From: an uncultured Verrucomicrobiae bacterium
Lineage (GTDB): Bacteria; Verrucomicrobiota; Verrucomicrobiia; Chthoniobacterales; UBA10450
Direction: 5' to 3'
NCBI GenBank assembly: GCA_963815455.1
Contig: CAWFGO010000002.1
Location: 608,001 to 672,000 of the forward strand
DNA: 64,000 bases
Shown: one piece after another, positions 47,250 through 56,496 of the stretch
Layout: each line of letters starts with the position of its first letter
How positions within the stretch are numbered: position 1 is the stretch's first letter
Notes under the pieces: generated by a model
What the model saw: only the letters and a program-made list of their open reading frames with translations
Told to the model about the DNA's origin: nothing
Database searches by the model: none
Position numbers and translations under genes: made by a program

Positions 47250-50063
47250 ATGGGCCAGAACTACAAGGACACGCTCAATCTGCCGCGCACGGATTTCCCG
47301 ATGAAGGCGAACCTTGCTTCGCGGGAGCCGGAATTGCTCAAAGCGTGGGAGGAAACAGGCCTCTATCGGCAAATTCAAGAGTCACGACAGGATCGAGAAC
47401 TGTTCGTTTTGCATGACGGCCCGCCCTTTGCCAACGGCGACGTCCACATGGGCACCGCGCTCAACAAGATTCTCAAGGATTTCGTGGTGAAATCGCAAAC
47501 CATGCTCGGCAAACGCGCGCCGTATGTGCCCGGCTGGGATTGTCACGGACTGCCCATCGAATTCAAAGTGGTCAAGGAATCACGCGACCTTTCGCCGCTC
47601 GAAGTCCGCAAAAAATCCGAGGCGTTTGCCCGCAAATATGTCGATATCCAGCGCGAGCAGTTCAAACGGCTCGGCGTTCTCGGCGATTGGGAGCACCCCT
47701 ACCTCACTCTCGATCCGAAATACGAAGCTGAGATTTTGCGCGCGTTCGCCGTGTTCGTCGAAAAGGACCTGGTTTATCAATCGCAGAAACCGGTGTTCTG
47801 GAGCACCGGCGCGCAGACCGCGCTGGCCGAGGCCGAGGTGGAATATCAAGAGCGCGATGACACGACTGTTTATGTGAAGTTTCCGATCGCCAGCAATTCT
47901 GTAAGGGAAGCTGACAGCTTCCCAGCCGGAACCAGCATCGCCATCTGGACAACAACGCCGTGGACGTTGCCGGCCAACCTCGCCATCGCTGTCGATCCTA
48001 AGGAAACCTATGTAATCCAAAAGTTTTCGCGCGATGGCGCTTCTGAGACGCTCCTGCTGGCCGAAAAACTCATCCCGCAATTCTGCGCCAATACCGGATT
48101 CGCGCCTCTCGGCAAACCGCTCGCATCGTTTCCCGGAGCGAAGATCGACAAGATCAAAGCGCGCCATCCTTTCTTGGATCGCGAAGCAATCGTGCTCACG
48201 GCGGATTTTGTCACGATGGATACTGGTACCGGCGCCGTGCACATCGCGCCCGGCCACGGCGAGGACGATTACAAACTCGGCCGCGCAAACAATCTGCCAA
48301 TCTTGTCTCCGGTGGACGATCACGGCCTGCTCACGGACGAAGCCGGTCTGCCGAATCTTACGGGCAAGTACGTGTTCGACGCCAACATCGACATCGTCAA
48401 TTTGTTGCGCGAACGCGGGATGCTGCTGGCCGCGCAAAAATTCCATCACTCTTATCCGTACTGCTGGCGCTCGAAGACGCCGATCATTTTTCGCAACGTC
48501 GAACAATTCTTCATCCGCATCGACGCGCTCCGCGAAAAAGCGCTCCAGGCCATTCATAAAGATGTGAAATGGATTCCGGCCTGGGGCGAGAACCGCATCG
48601 CCGGCACCGTCGAATCGCGGCCCGACTGGGTCATCTCGCGTCAGCGCAGTTGGGGCGTGCCCCTGCCGGTTTTCTATTCAGCCGAAGGCAAACCGATTCT
48701 CGACGCGAAAATCATTCGCAAACTGGCCGATCTCGTTGCCGAGAAAGGTTCAAACATCTGGTTCGAATTGAACGATGTCGATCTTGCTAAAAAGCTCGGG
48801 CTTCCCGACGGCACAACGAAACGCAACGACACCATCGACGTTTGGATCGATAGCGGCGTGTCGCATAAAGCGGTTTGCGCCCTTCATCCCGAACTGCGCG
48901 ATCCCGCCGATATGTATCTGGAAGCGACCGATCAACATCGCGGCTGGTTTCAATCCTCGCTCATGACCAGCATCGCGCTGAACAATCGCGCGCCTTACAA
49001 AACCTGCGTCACCCACGGGTTCGTTGTCGATGTGGATGGCAAGAAAATTTCCAAGTCGGGCACTTACGATAAACCGATGGATGCCGGTCATTTCGTGAAC
49101 AAACACGGCGCCGATCTGGTCCGGCTTTGGGCGAGCAGCATCAATTACACGGATGACGTCCCTTTCTCGGAAGAAATGTTCACCCGTCTCGGCGATACCT
49201 ATCGCCGGATTCGCAACACGCTGCGGATTTTGCTGGGCAATCTTTTTGATTTCCCTGTAGCCGCGGTCGCTGACCGCGGCCCGGGGTCAACGACCCCGGC
49301 TACAACATTAGTCGATCGCTGGATCCTGGAGCGGCTCGATGAAGTGATCCGCGATTGTCGAACCGCCTACGAGTCGTTCGAGTTTCACAAGGTTTATCAC
49401 ACGCTCAATCAATTTTGCGCAGTCGATTTGAGCAGCCTCTACATCGACATCACCAAGGACCGGATGTATTGCGATGCGCCGGATTCTCCCCGTCGCCGGG
49501 CCACGCAGGCGGTCATGCGCGAAGTTTTCGACGCGCTTTGCAAATTGCTTGCCCCCGTTGTGGCCTTCACCGCCGAGGAAGCCTGGCGACATTTCGCTGT
49601 AGCCGCGGTCGCTGACCGCGGTCCGGCGTCAACGACCCCGGCTACAACATCGATCCACCTCGAAGAATTTCCGGGGCAAAGTGGCATGGGCTTCCAGCCC
49701 ATGTCCCCTCGGCAGGATGCCGATGCCACCAGTCAAGTCGGCGAACTGTTGAAGCTGCGCGGCGTAATCGGCCAGGCGATCGAGAAAGCGCGCCAGGAAA
49801 AACTCATTGGGAACGCGCTGGAGGCCGCTGTTACTTTGAATTCAAACTCCGATGTAACAGCAAAAATCGACAAGGCCGAGCTGGAAGAATTTTTTATCCT
49901 CAGCGATCTCACGATTGAGCAGGCGACGGAAGCGAGCGCATCCGTCACAAAAACAGCGCACAAGAAATGCGCCCGTTGCTGGCGTCACCGCGAATACGTC
50001 GGCAAAAGCAAGGCGCATCCGGAATTGTGCGACCGGTGCGAACAAGTAGTGAACGCGCGTTAG
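47250..50063 (+). CDS. ileS: Isoleucine--tRNA ligase (type 1)
   Basis: LHDGPPFANG, GWDCHGLPIE, WTTTPWTLPAN, DWVISRQR.WG, KISKS, C-terminal CARC..LCDRC; followed by lspA. Confidence 0.97.
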   Translation: MGQNYKDTLNLPRTDFPMKANLASREPELLKAWEETGLYRQIQESRQDRELFVLHDGPPFANGDVHMGTALNKILKDFVVKSQTMLGKRAPYVPGWDCHGLPIEFKVVKESRDLSPLEVRKKSEAFARKYVDIQREQFKRLGVLGDWEHPYLTLDPKYEAEILRAFAVFVEKDLVYQSQKPVFWSTGAQTALAEAEVEYQERDDTTVYVKFPIASNSVREADSFPAGTSIAIWTTTPWTLPANLAIAVDPKETYVIQKFSRDGASETLLLAEKLIPQFCANTGFAPLGKPLASFPGAKIDKIKARHPFLDREAIVLTADFVTMDTGTGAVHIAPGHGEDDYKLGRANNLPILSPVDDHGLLTDEAGLPNLTGKYVFDANIDIVNLLRERGMLLAAQKFHHSYPYCWRSKTPIIFRNVEQFFIRIDALREKALQAIHKDVKWIPAWGENRIAGTVESRPDWVISRQRSWGVPLPVFYSAEGKPILDAKIIRKLADLVAEKGSNIWFELNDVDLAKKLGLPDGTTKRNDTIDVWIDSGVSHKAVCALHPELRDPADMYLEATDQHRGWFQSSLMTSIALNNRAPYKTCVTHGFVVDVDGKKISKSGTYDKPMDAGHFVNKHGADLVRLWASSINYTDDVPFSEEMFTRLGDTYRRIRNTLRILLGNLFDFPVAAVADRGPGSTTPATTLVDRWILERLDEVIRDCRTAYESFEFHKVYHTLNQFCAVDLSSLYIDITKDRMYCDAPDSPRRRATQAVMREVFDALCKLLAPVVAFTAEEAWRHFAVAAVADRGPASTTPATTSIHLEEFPGQSGMGFQPMSPRQDADATSQVGELLKLRGVIGQAIEKARQEKLIGNALEAAVTLNSNSDVTAKIDKAELEEFFILSDLTIEQATEASASVTKTAHKKCARCWRHREYVGKSKAHPELCDRCEQVVNAR
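49256..49304. repeat. GTAG-type REP doublet in frame in ileS (copy 1)
   Basis: TGTAGCCGCGGTCGCTGACCGCGG..CCGGGGTCAACGACCCCGGCTACA. Confidence 0.85.
49598..49646. repeat. GTAG-type REP doublet in frame in ileS (copy 2)
   Basis: Identical to copy 1 except for 2 nt. Confidence 0.85.
49680..49729. repeat. GTGG-type REP doublet in frame in ileS
   Basis: AGTGGCATGGGCTTCCAGCCCATG..TCGGCAGGATGCCGATGCCAC, same family as the gcvT insert. Confidence 0.8.
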
Positions 50064-50065
50064 CC

Positions 50066-50147
50066 GTCATGTCGAGCGAAGTCGAGACATCCCGCGGCGC
50101 TACCATTCAGTGTTGCAACGGGATTCCTCGGCTTCGCTCGGAATGAC
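50066..50147. repeat. GTCAT-type REP-like doublet between ileS and lspA
   Basis: GTCATGTCGAGCGAAGTCGAGACATCCCG ... CGGGATTCCTCGGCTTCGCTCGGAATGAC. Confidence 0.75.
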
Positions 50148-50153
50148 AAGATT

Positions 50154-50660
50154 ATGAAATTCATCTTCTGCCTTTCTCTGCCGCTCTACCTGCTGGATCA
50201 ATGGACGAAACAGCTCGTTCTACGACACATCACCGAGCCATACGATGTCGGAGAGCAATTGATTCATTTGAAGAATTTTTTTCATTTGGTGAATGTGACC
50301 AACACCGGCGCGGCGTTCGGCTCGTTTAAGGATAACAACGCGTTCTTCGTGGCGATCTCCTGCATCGCGATGCTCTTTGTCTTGATTCTCCTCCTCCGGC
50401 GCGGGACGCCCGACACCTGGCGCGACGTCTCGCTGGCCCTGCTCCTGGCCGGGATCCTGGGCAATCTGACCGATCGCCTTCTTTACGGACACGTAATCGA
50501 CTTTCTCCTTTTCGATTTCGGTCCAAACGCGCCGAAACTGTTTGCTCCCTGGCCGGCATTTAACGTGGCCGATTCCTGCATCACCATCGCCGTGATTTGC
50601 TTCATCATTCATTCCTTCTGGGAGGGCAAGAGAAGAGAGCAGCCGGCGCAGCAGCCGTAG
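50154..50660 (+). CDS. lspA: Lipoprotein signal peptidase II
   Basis: LDQWTK, NTGAAFG, GNLTDRL..G.VIDF, FNVAD. Confidence 0.95.
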   Translation: MKFIFCLSLPLYLLDQWTKQLVLRHITEPYDVGEQLIHLKNFFHLVNVTNTGAAFGSFKDNNAFFVAISCIAMLFVLILLLRRGTPDTWRDVSLALLLAGILGNLTDRLLYGHVIDFLLFDFGPNAPKLFAPWPAFNVADSCITIAVICFIIHSFWEGKRREQPAQQP

Positions 50661-50719
50661 CCGCAGTTCGAACGCCTCTAACAGGTCGCGCGTTGCGCTT
50701 CGCACAGCGAAGCGGCTAC
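50657..50719. repeat. GTAG-type REP-like element overlapping the lspA stop
   Basis: GTAGCCGC...GCTTCGCACAGCGAAGCGGCTAC; its GTAG supplies the TAG codon. Confidence 0.6.
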
Positions 50720-50813
50720 AGTGGCTTCCGGAAGTCCTTCGGGTTTTGATCCTTTGCCCACTGTCCGTCAAATCGATGCAACCCTAGATAGACTCCTTCT
50801 ATCCCAAAGGTCC

Positions 50814-51239
50814 CTATTCAGCTGGGCAAACCAACAACACGGAATTACTTCGCAAATGAGGCGGTGGTCCAATTTGGACGTAAACCTCAAGGAGATCGCC
50901 TGGTTGCGCGTAAATGTCGGGCGTAATCCTCTTCCATTCCACGCTGTTCGGTGTCAGAAAGTGGTTTGCAGGCGCACTGGTGCTTGTTTTGCCCTGAATC
51001 TCTACCGGAGCGGGCGAATTTTTGCCGGAGAGTTTTTTCGAAGACGAAATCGTGGAGATGAACTCCAGCGAGGGCACCTTTGCCCTTCGAGGACCAATGT
51101 TACAAACGTAAACATCAAAGCTGATCTTGGAATGCGGCTTTACTGTGGTCTCGACTGGAATTAAGAGCAGACGGGGCTCTTGCGCTTGGACTGCCGCCAA
51201 GATAAGGATTTGCGAGAGTATGATTAGGACAATCTTCAT
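50814..51239 (-). CDS. Exported protein, putative Rhs immunity protein
   Basis: Signal peptide MKIVLIILSQILILAAVQA; immediately downstream of the Rhs C-terminus; lower GC. Confidence 0.55.
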   Translation of the reverse strand: MKIVLIILSQILILAAVQAQEPRLLLIPVETTVKPHSKISFDVYVCNIGPRRAKVPSLEFISTISSSKKLSGKNSPAPVEIQGKTSTSAPANHFLTPNSVEWKRITPDIYAQPGDLLEVYVQIGPPPHLRSNSVLLVCPAE

Positions 51240-51276
51240 CGATTAGATCATTAATAGTTTTTTTAGAAATGTATGA

Positions 51277-52234
51277 TTAGTGAATAATTTGAATGAAAAA
51301 GCGCGTACCTGGTGACTCGAACCTTGACGGCCGCTCATTGGAGCTAAACCTATGATGGGTATTCCCGTCATCCTCTCTTTTTCTGATGTCGCTCCACTCT
51401 TTCTTTGGTTCATGGGATTGGATCTTAGTGTCGAACTGATCGGCCAATCGCTTGGCCATGCGTTCCGCAGCTTTGTCTGGGTTTTGCCCTAGTTCGAAAT
51501 GACCCACCGCCTTCCCAATCAAGTTATGATATTGCCCCTCAAGCACCTTCGCATCGGCCACGTGTTTATCTTCGTGTTGCTTGGTAGCTTCGATCGCTTT
51601 TTGGTTTCGTAGTCCCCACTGGTCTGTTTTGGTTGCAATATCTCTCTTACCGACGGTGACATCATATTTTGTCAGTCTTAGTTCTCCGTTTGTATAAGGC
51701 GTGACCCCAATTTTGCGGTCTATATGAGTCTCTCCATATCGATCTCCTCCTGGATTCTTTATTACGTCGACCGGATTGAAACGATTGGGAGACCCCTCAT
51801 AGGGGTCGCTGTAGTCTAATCCCATTGGGTCGGTTCGATCCAACGGATCGTTGCCGCAATAGCGATAGAGATTAGTCGGATCGGCGTCGAAGCTCTTGGG
51901 ATCGCTCTGGAGAAAACGGCCGAACTCAGGTGAATACGCGCGGTTCCGATAATCGTAGAGCTCGAGATCGACCATCCATTCGCGGCCGGTGAAGAGGAAG
52001 CGATTACCAAACAGTGACGAGGGACGAGGGACGAGGGACGAGTGACGGGTCAAGAATGGTCGGCTTGCCGAAGATGTCGTATTTGTAGCGCTCGATCACA
52101 TTGCCGTTCGTGTCAGTCAGCGCGACCACGCTGCCTTCGGCATCGGTGTGATAATAGACCGTGCCGTAGCTGTCGATCTTGGCGATCATTTCGTCCTGCC
52201 GCATCGTAAACGAAAACAATCCAGCCGAATCCAT
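51277..52234 (-). pseudogene. Orphan Rhs core fragment plus C-terminal toxin domain, frame broken at a heptamer repeat
   Basis: YYHTDAEGSVVALTD..G.VIERYKYDIFG, then RFLFTGREW..LYDYRNRAYSPEFGRFLQSDP..NLYRYCGNDP..RTDPMGL; C-terminal HEDKH. Confidence 0.8.
52013..52047. repeat. Heptamer tandem repeat (5 units) at the Rhs frame junction
   Basis: AGTGACG (AGGGACG)x3 AGTGACG. Confidence 0.9.
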
Positions 52235-52271
52235 GCTTTGGAGGATGGCAGACCATTGCTAGAATGAACAA

Positions 52272-53609
52272 ATGAAAGGCAACGATCTGTCGCCCATGGA
52301 AAAGACGGCGCGCGAAATCGCTGCGCAGTTGCGCAAGGCCGGTCATATCGCCCATTTCGCCGGCGGTTGCGTGCGCGATATGATCCGCGGATTGACGCCG
52401 AAGGACTACGATATTGCTACTGATGCGCGACCAGAAGCGGTGCAGAAGCTTTTTCCACGGACCTACGCGGTCGGCGCGCATTTCGGAGTAGTGGTCGTCG
52501 TAGAAGGCGAGATGAATTTCGAAGTTGCGACTTTTCGCTCCGACGACGCGTACATCGACGGCAGGCGCCCGGTCTCAGTGCATTTTTCTTCACCGGAGGA
52601 GGACGCCAAGCGGCGCGATTTCACCATCAACGGAATGTTCTTCGATCCCGAGAAAAACGAAGTGATCGATTTTGTCGGTGGCCGGGCCGATCTGGAGGCG
52701 AAACTTGTGCGCGCGATCGGCGACCCGGCCCAGCGTTTCGCCGAAGATCGTTTGCGGATGCTGCGGGCGGTGCGCTTTGGCACGGTGCTCGATTACAAGA
52801 TCGACAATCAAACCTGGGACGCTCTCCTGGCCGATGCGTCGTCAATCACCCAAATCAGCGCCGAGCGAATCCGCGACGAGCTGGTGCGTATTTTTCTTTC
52901 GCCCAATCGGGTGCGGGGCTGGGACCTGCTCGACCAAAGCGGACTGATGCGCACGATCTTGCCCGAGATTGAGCCGATGAAAGGTTGCGAACAGCCCGAG
53001 CAATTCCATCCCGAAGGCGATGTCTTCACCCACACGCGCCTGATGTTACAGATGCTTCCCGGAAAAGTTTCGGTGCCGCTGGTATTCAGCGTGATCCTGC
53101 ACGATGTGGCCAAGCCGGTCACGGCGACTGTCGATCCAACCGGCCGAATTCGTTTTAACGAGCACGATCGAATCGGCGCGGCCATGACCGAGCAAATCAT
53201 GGAACGCCTGCGATTTTCGCGCGCGGAGATCGACGCCACGGTCGAGATGGTCCGGCAGCACATGGTTTTTAAGGATGTGCCGAAAATGCGGGTGGCGAAA
53301 TTGAAACGCTTCATGGCGCGGCCCACTTTCGACGAAGAACTGGAGCTGCACCGGGTCGATTGCCAGAGCAGCCATCGGATGCTCGATAATTACGAATTTC
53401 TCATGCGCAAACGCGAAGAGTTTGCCAACGAGCCGATCATCCCGCCGCCGTTTGTTCGCGGCGACGATCTCATCGCGCTTGGTTTAAAGCCGAGCCCGAA
53501 GTTCGGCGAAATTCTCGAAGCGGTGGAGACGCGTCAGCTTGAAGGAACATTGCGCACGCGCGAAGAAGCGCTCGACTGGGTGAAAAAAGAGTATTCGTTA
53601 AATGGTTAA
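52272..53609 (+). CDS. cca: CCA tRNA nucleotidyltransferase / poly(A) polymerase family with HD domain
   Basis: GGCVRD, DYDIAT, RRDFTIN, EDRLRMLRAVRF, HPEGDVFTHT, LHDVAKP. Confidence 0.85.
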   Translation: MKGNDLSPMEKTAREIAAQLRKAGHIAHFAGGCVRDMIRGLTPKDYDIATDARPEAVQKLFPRTYAVGAHFGVVVVVEGEMNFEVATFRSDDAYIDGRRPVSVHFSSPEEDAKRRDFTINGMFFDPEKNEVIDFVGGRADLEAKLVRAIGDPAQRFAEDRLRMLRAVRFGTVLDYKIDNQTWDALLADASSITQISAERIRDELVRIFLSPNRVRGWDLLDQSGLMRTILPEIEPMKGCEQPEQFHPEGDVFTHTRLMLQMLPGKVSVPLVFSVILHDVAKPVTATVDPTGRIRFNEHDRIGAAMTEQIMERLRFSRAEIDATVEMVRQHMVFKDVPKMRVAKLKRFMARPTFDEELELHRVDCQSSHRMLDNYEFLMRKREEFANEPIIPPPFVRGDDLIALGLKPSPKFGEILEAVETRQLEGTLRTREEALDWVKKEYSLNG

Positions 53610-53628
53610 ACGGCTAAATCGCTAAGTT
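53597..53628. repeat. Degenerate octamer tandem repeat spanning the cca-glgA junction
   Basis: GTTAAATG GTTAAACG GCTAAATC GCTAAGTT. Confidence 0.65.
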
Positions 53629-53629
53629 G

Positions 53630-55081
53630 ATGAGAATTCTAATGATCAGCGCGGAAGGACCGCCCTTGCAACGCGCCGGAGCGCTGATCGATGTGATGGA
53701 TGCTTTGCCGCACGAGCTGCGCGACCGAGGCCATGATGTTAGTGTGGCCCTGCCATTCTATCGCGAGATCCGGGAAAATTCCGCGTTCAAGGAAAAGGAC
53801 ACGGGAGTGACTGTCGATGTTCGCGTCGGCGAGAAAACATACGTCGCCGAGTATCTCGAGGGACGCAGCCCAGAGGGCGTCCAGTTGTTTCTCGTCCGGT
53901 GCGATGAATTTTTCGATCGCCCGGAAATTTACGGCGAGCACGGCGAGCCCTACGAAGATAACGCGGCCCGCTTCGTCTTTTTCTGCAAAGCGACCCTGGA
54001 ACTGGCGCGCCGGTTGACGCCGGCGGTGCAGATTCTGCACGCGCACGATTGGGCGGCGGCGCTCGTGCCCGTTTTTGTGCATGCCCATCGGTTGCCGTTC
54101 AAAACCGTGCTCACGATTCATCATCTGGCCGAGCAAGGCAGTTTCTGGGGACTCGATTTCGCGCTAACGAATTTACCGGAGCGCTTTTTTACGCTGAACG
54201 GCCTCGAATATTTCGGGCGAATGAATTTTCTCAAAGGCGGAATCCTCTACGCCGATAAAATCACAACGGTGAGCGAGCATTATCTGCGCGAAATTCAGAC
54301 GGTGTCGGGCGGTTGCGATCTCGATGTCGTGCTCCGGGAAAATGCTCATCGCCTTTCCGGAATTCTGCACGGCGCCGATTACGAGCGATGGGACCCCGAA
54401 ACGGACAAGCTTCTTCTCGCAAATTACAGTGGCCATTCGCTGGCCGGCAAAAAATTTTGCCGGGAGACGCTCTTGAGCGGTTCACATCTGGCGCCGGAAC
54501 CGAGCGGCCCCGTTTTTGGAATGGTCACCCGCGTGGTCCAGGAAAAAGGATTCGAGATTCTGGTGCCGCTTCTCGACCGGCTTCTCTCGGCCGACGTGCG
54601 CCTTATTATTCTGGGCGAAGGCGATCCGGCCTACGAAACGGCGCTGGCCATCATCGCGCGGAAGTTTCCTTCCAAGTTCGCTTATCGCAAAACCTACGAT
54701 GAAAAAGTCGCGCACGTAATCGAGGCCGGAATGGATATCAGCCTGATCCCGTCGCGAATCGAACCGGCCGGGCTAAGCGCGATGTACAATCTCAAATACG
54801 GCGCTTTGCCGGTGGCGCGTGCCACCGGCGGCATCCACGACATCATTGAGGATTACGATCCGACGATGGACAGCGGTTACGGCTTTCTTTGTTACGAACA
54901 TTCCACCGAGGCGTTCTGGGATGCGATCAAGCGAGCTCGCGACGTTTTTCAAGATCGCGATCTCTGGACCAAATTGATGAAACGCGCGATGGCGAGAGAT
55001 TTTTCGTGGGATGAATCGGCAGCGCGATACGAAGAGCTTTATCGCGAGCTCGTCGGCCAAGAAGACGAAGCGGCGGCCTAG
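53630..55081 (+). CDS. glgA: Glycogen/starch synthase family (GT5) protein with divergent motifs
   Basis: Y.DNAARF, HAHDW, TIHHLA.QG, NFLKGGI.YAD, PSRIEPAGL, YGALPVARATGG, DFSW..SA..Y. Confidence 0.75.
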   Translation: MRILMISAEGPPLQRAGALIDVMDALPHELRDRGHDVSVALPFYREIRENSAFKEKDTGVTVDVRVGEKTYVAEYLEGRSPEGVQLFLVRCDEFFDRPEIYGEHGEPYEDNAARFVFFCKATLELARRLTPAVQILHAHDWAAALVPVFVHAHRLPFKTVLTIHHLAEQGSFWGLDFALTNLPERFFTLNGLEYFGRMNFLKGGILYADKITTVSEHYLREIQTVSGGCDLDVVLRENAHRLSGILHGADYERWDPETDKLLLANYSGHSLAGKKFCRETLLSGSHLAPEPSGPVFGMVTRVVQEKGFEILVPLLDRLLSADVRLIILGEGDPAYETALAIIARKFPSKFAYRKTYDEKVAHVIEAGMDISLIPSRIEPAGLSAMYNLKYGALPVARATGGIHDIIEDYDPTMDSGYGFLCYEHSTEAFWDAIKRARDVFQDRDLWTKLMKRAMARDFSWDESAARYEELYRELVGQEDEAAA

Positions 55082-55262
55082 CCTTGCCGGTCAACGCTGC
55101 CGAATAAACACGCGGGCGGATCGTCAAAACTCCTGCCGCGGAAAGCGGCATTTTGGTGACTTCGTTCAATTGCGATCCATGACCGCGCTCTCTCTGGGAC
55201 CGACAAGTTCTTGCAATAGAAATGCCTTTGGTATCTGCTCGGCGATTCCTACCAATGGCGTT

Positions 55263-56489
55263 ATGACTCGCTCGCAATCGCCGTTTAAGCCGATGCTGGC
55301 GGGTTTATTCCTTGCCTTGGCCCAGATCGCCCTGGCGGTGTTTCTCCTCGCTCCGGAGGGACCGTTTTCCTATCGATATTCCTCTCTTATTCAGCACGAC
55401 AGTCTCTGGTTCATGAACATCGTCGACCGCGGCTATGGGACCACGGTGCCGCCGATCGATCATAAAGTGATGGAAGTTTCCAACGTCGCGTTTTTTCCAG
55501 CCTACCCGGCGATTGCCGCCGTCCTTCGTTACGCTTTGCACTTCGATTCCGGTAATGCGCTGCTGATCACGGCGCAGACCGCGGCCTGGGGCTTCTGGAC
55601 CTACTTCTTCCTGTTTTGCGAACGCTGGAATCTTTCGCCCACGCTCCAATTTTTCGGCGCGATGTCGATCTTCGCCCATCCGGCGGCTTTCTTCCTGATC
55701 GCGGCATATTCGGAATCGCTTTTCCTGATGGCGTTGCTCGGTTTTATGTATTGGAGCAGCGCGGAAGGGCGATCGGCCAAAATCCTGGCCGCAATTCACG
55801 GCATCGTGATGTCGGCGACACGAATTGTTGGAATCCCGTGCGCCGCTTTTCCAGTTGTGCGCTCCGTTATTGCAAAAGGTCGGGCCGGTTTGCGCGACCC
55901 ACGGGCGTGGCTCCGCCAGCACACGCAGGCGATTGCTTTGATGCTGGTGGCGACGCTGGGCGCACTCCTGTTCTTTGCCTATTGCCAACTGCGCTGGGGC
56001 CACTGGGATATTTACATGCTCACGCAAGGAGCTGGTTGGGGAATCGCTCCGGATTATCTCGCGCTGTTCAAGCCTTCGAGTTATCGCTGGTTCGTTCCAG
56101 CAATGGATGATCCGATCGAAGCGAGCCAGATGTCAGTCACACTCGGCGCCCTGCTCTTTCTTGCGATTGCCATCTGCGAATTCTTCCCCCCGATTCGCAG
56201 GCTCACGAACTGGCCCACTCGCGCCGGAATCTACTTTTGCGCAGCCGTGATCTTTTACGTCTCGTTGAGCGGGGTCGCGGGCGTCTCGATGCAAAGCATG
56301 CTTCGCTACGAGCTTTGCGTCCACGCGCTGATCGTGCTCGCGCTCGTGAATTTTCTGCACCAATTTCATACCCCGCCCGTCTTCGCACGCGCGCTTGGAA
56401 TGGCCGGAGTCGCTTTGACTTGCGCAGCCGGGCTCAGTCTGCAGGGATGGTACATTTGGAATTTCACGCGCGGACATTGGGTGGCCTAA
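55263..56489 (+). CDS. Integral membrane GT-C (PIG-V-like mannosyltransferase) protein
   Basis: [34 protein letters not shown]; many TM helices. Confidence 0.65.
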   Translation: MTRSQSPFKPMLAGLFLALAQIALAVFLLAPEGPFSYRYSSLIQHDSLWFMNIVDRGYGTTVPPIDHKVMEVSNVAFFPAYPAIAAVLRYALHFDSGNALLITAQTAAWGFWTYFFLFCERWNLSPTLQFFGAMSIFAHPAAFFLIAAYSESLFLMALLGFMYWSSAEGRSAKILAAIHGIVMSATRIVGIPCAAFPVVRSVIAKGRAGLRDPRAWLRQHTQAIALMLVATLGALLFFAYCQLRWGHWDIYMLTQGAGWGIAPDYLALFKPSSYRWFVPAMDDPIEASQMSVTLGALLFLAIAICEFFPPIRRLTNWPTRAGIYFCAAVIFYVSLSGVAGVSMQSMLRYELCVHALIVLALVNFLHQFHTPPVFARALGMAGVALTCAAGLSLQGWYIWNFTRGHWVA

Positions 56490-56496
56490 CATCGAA

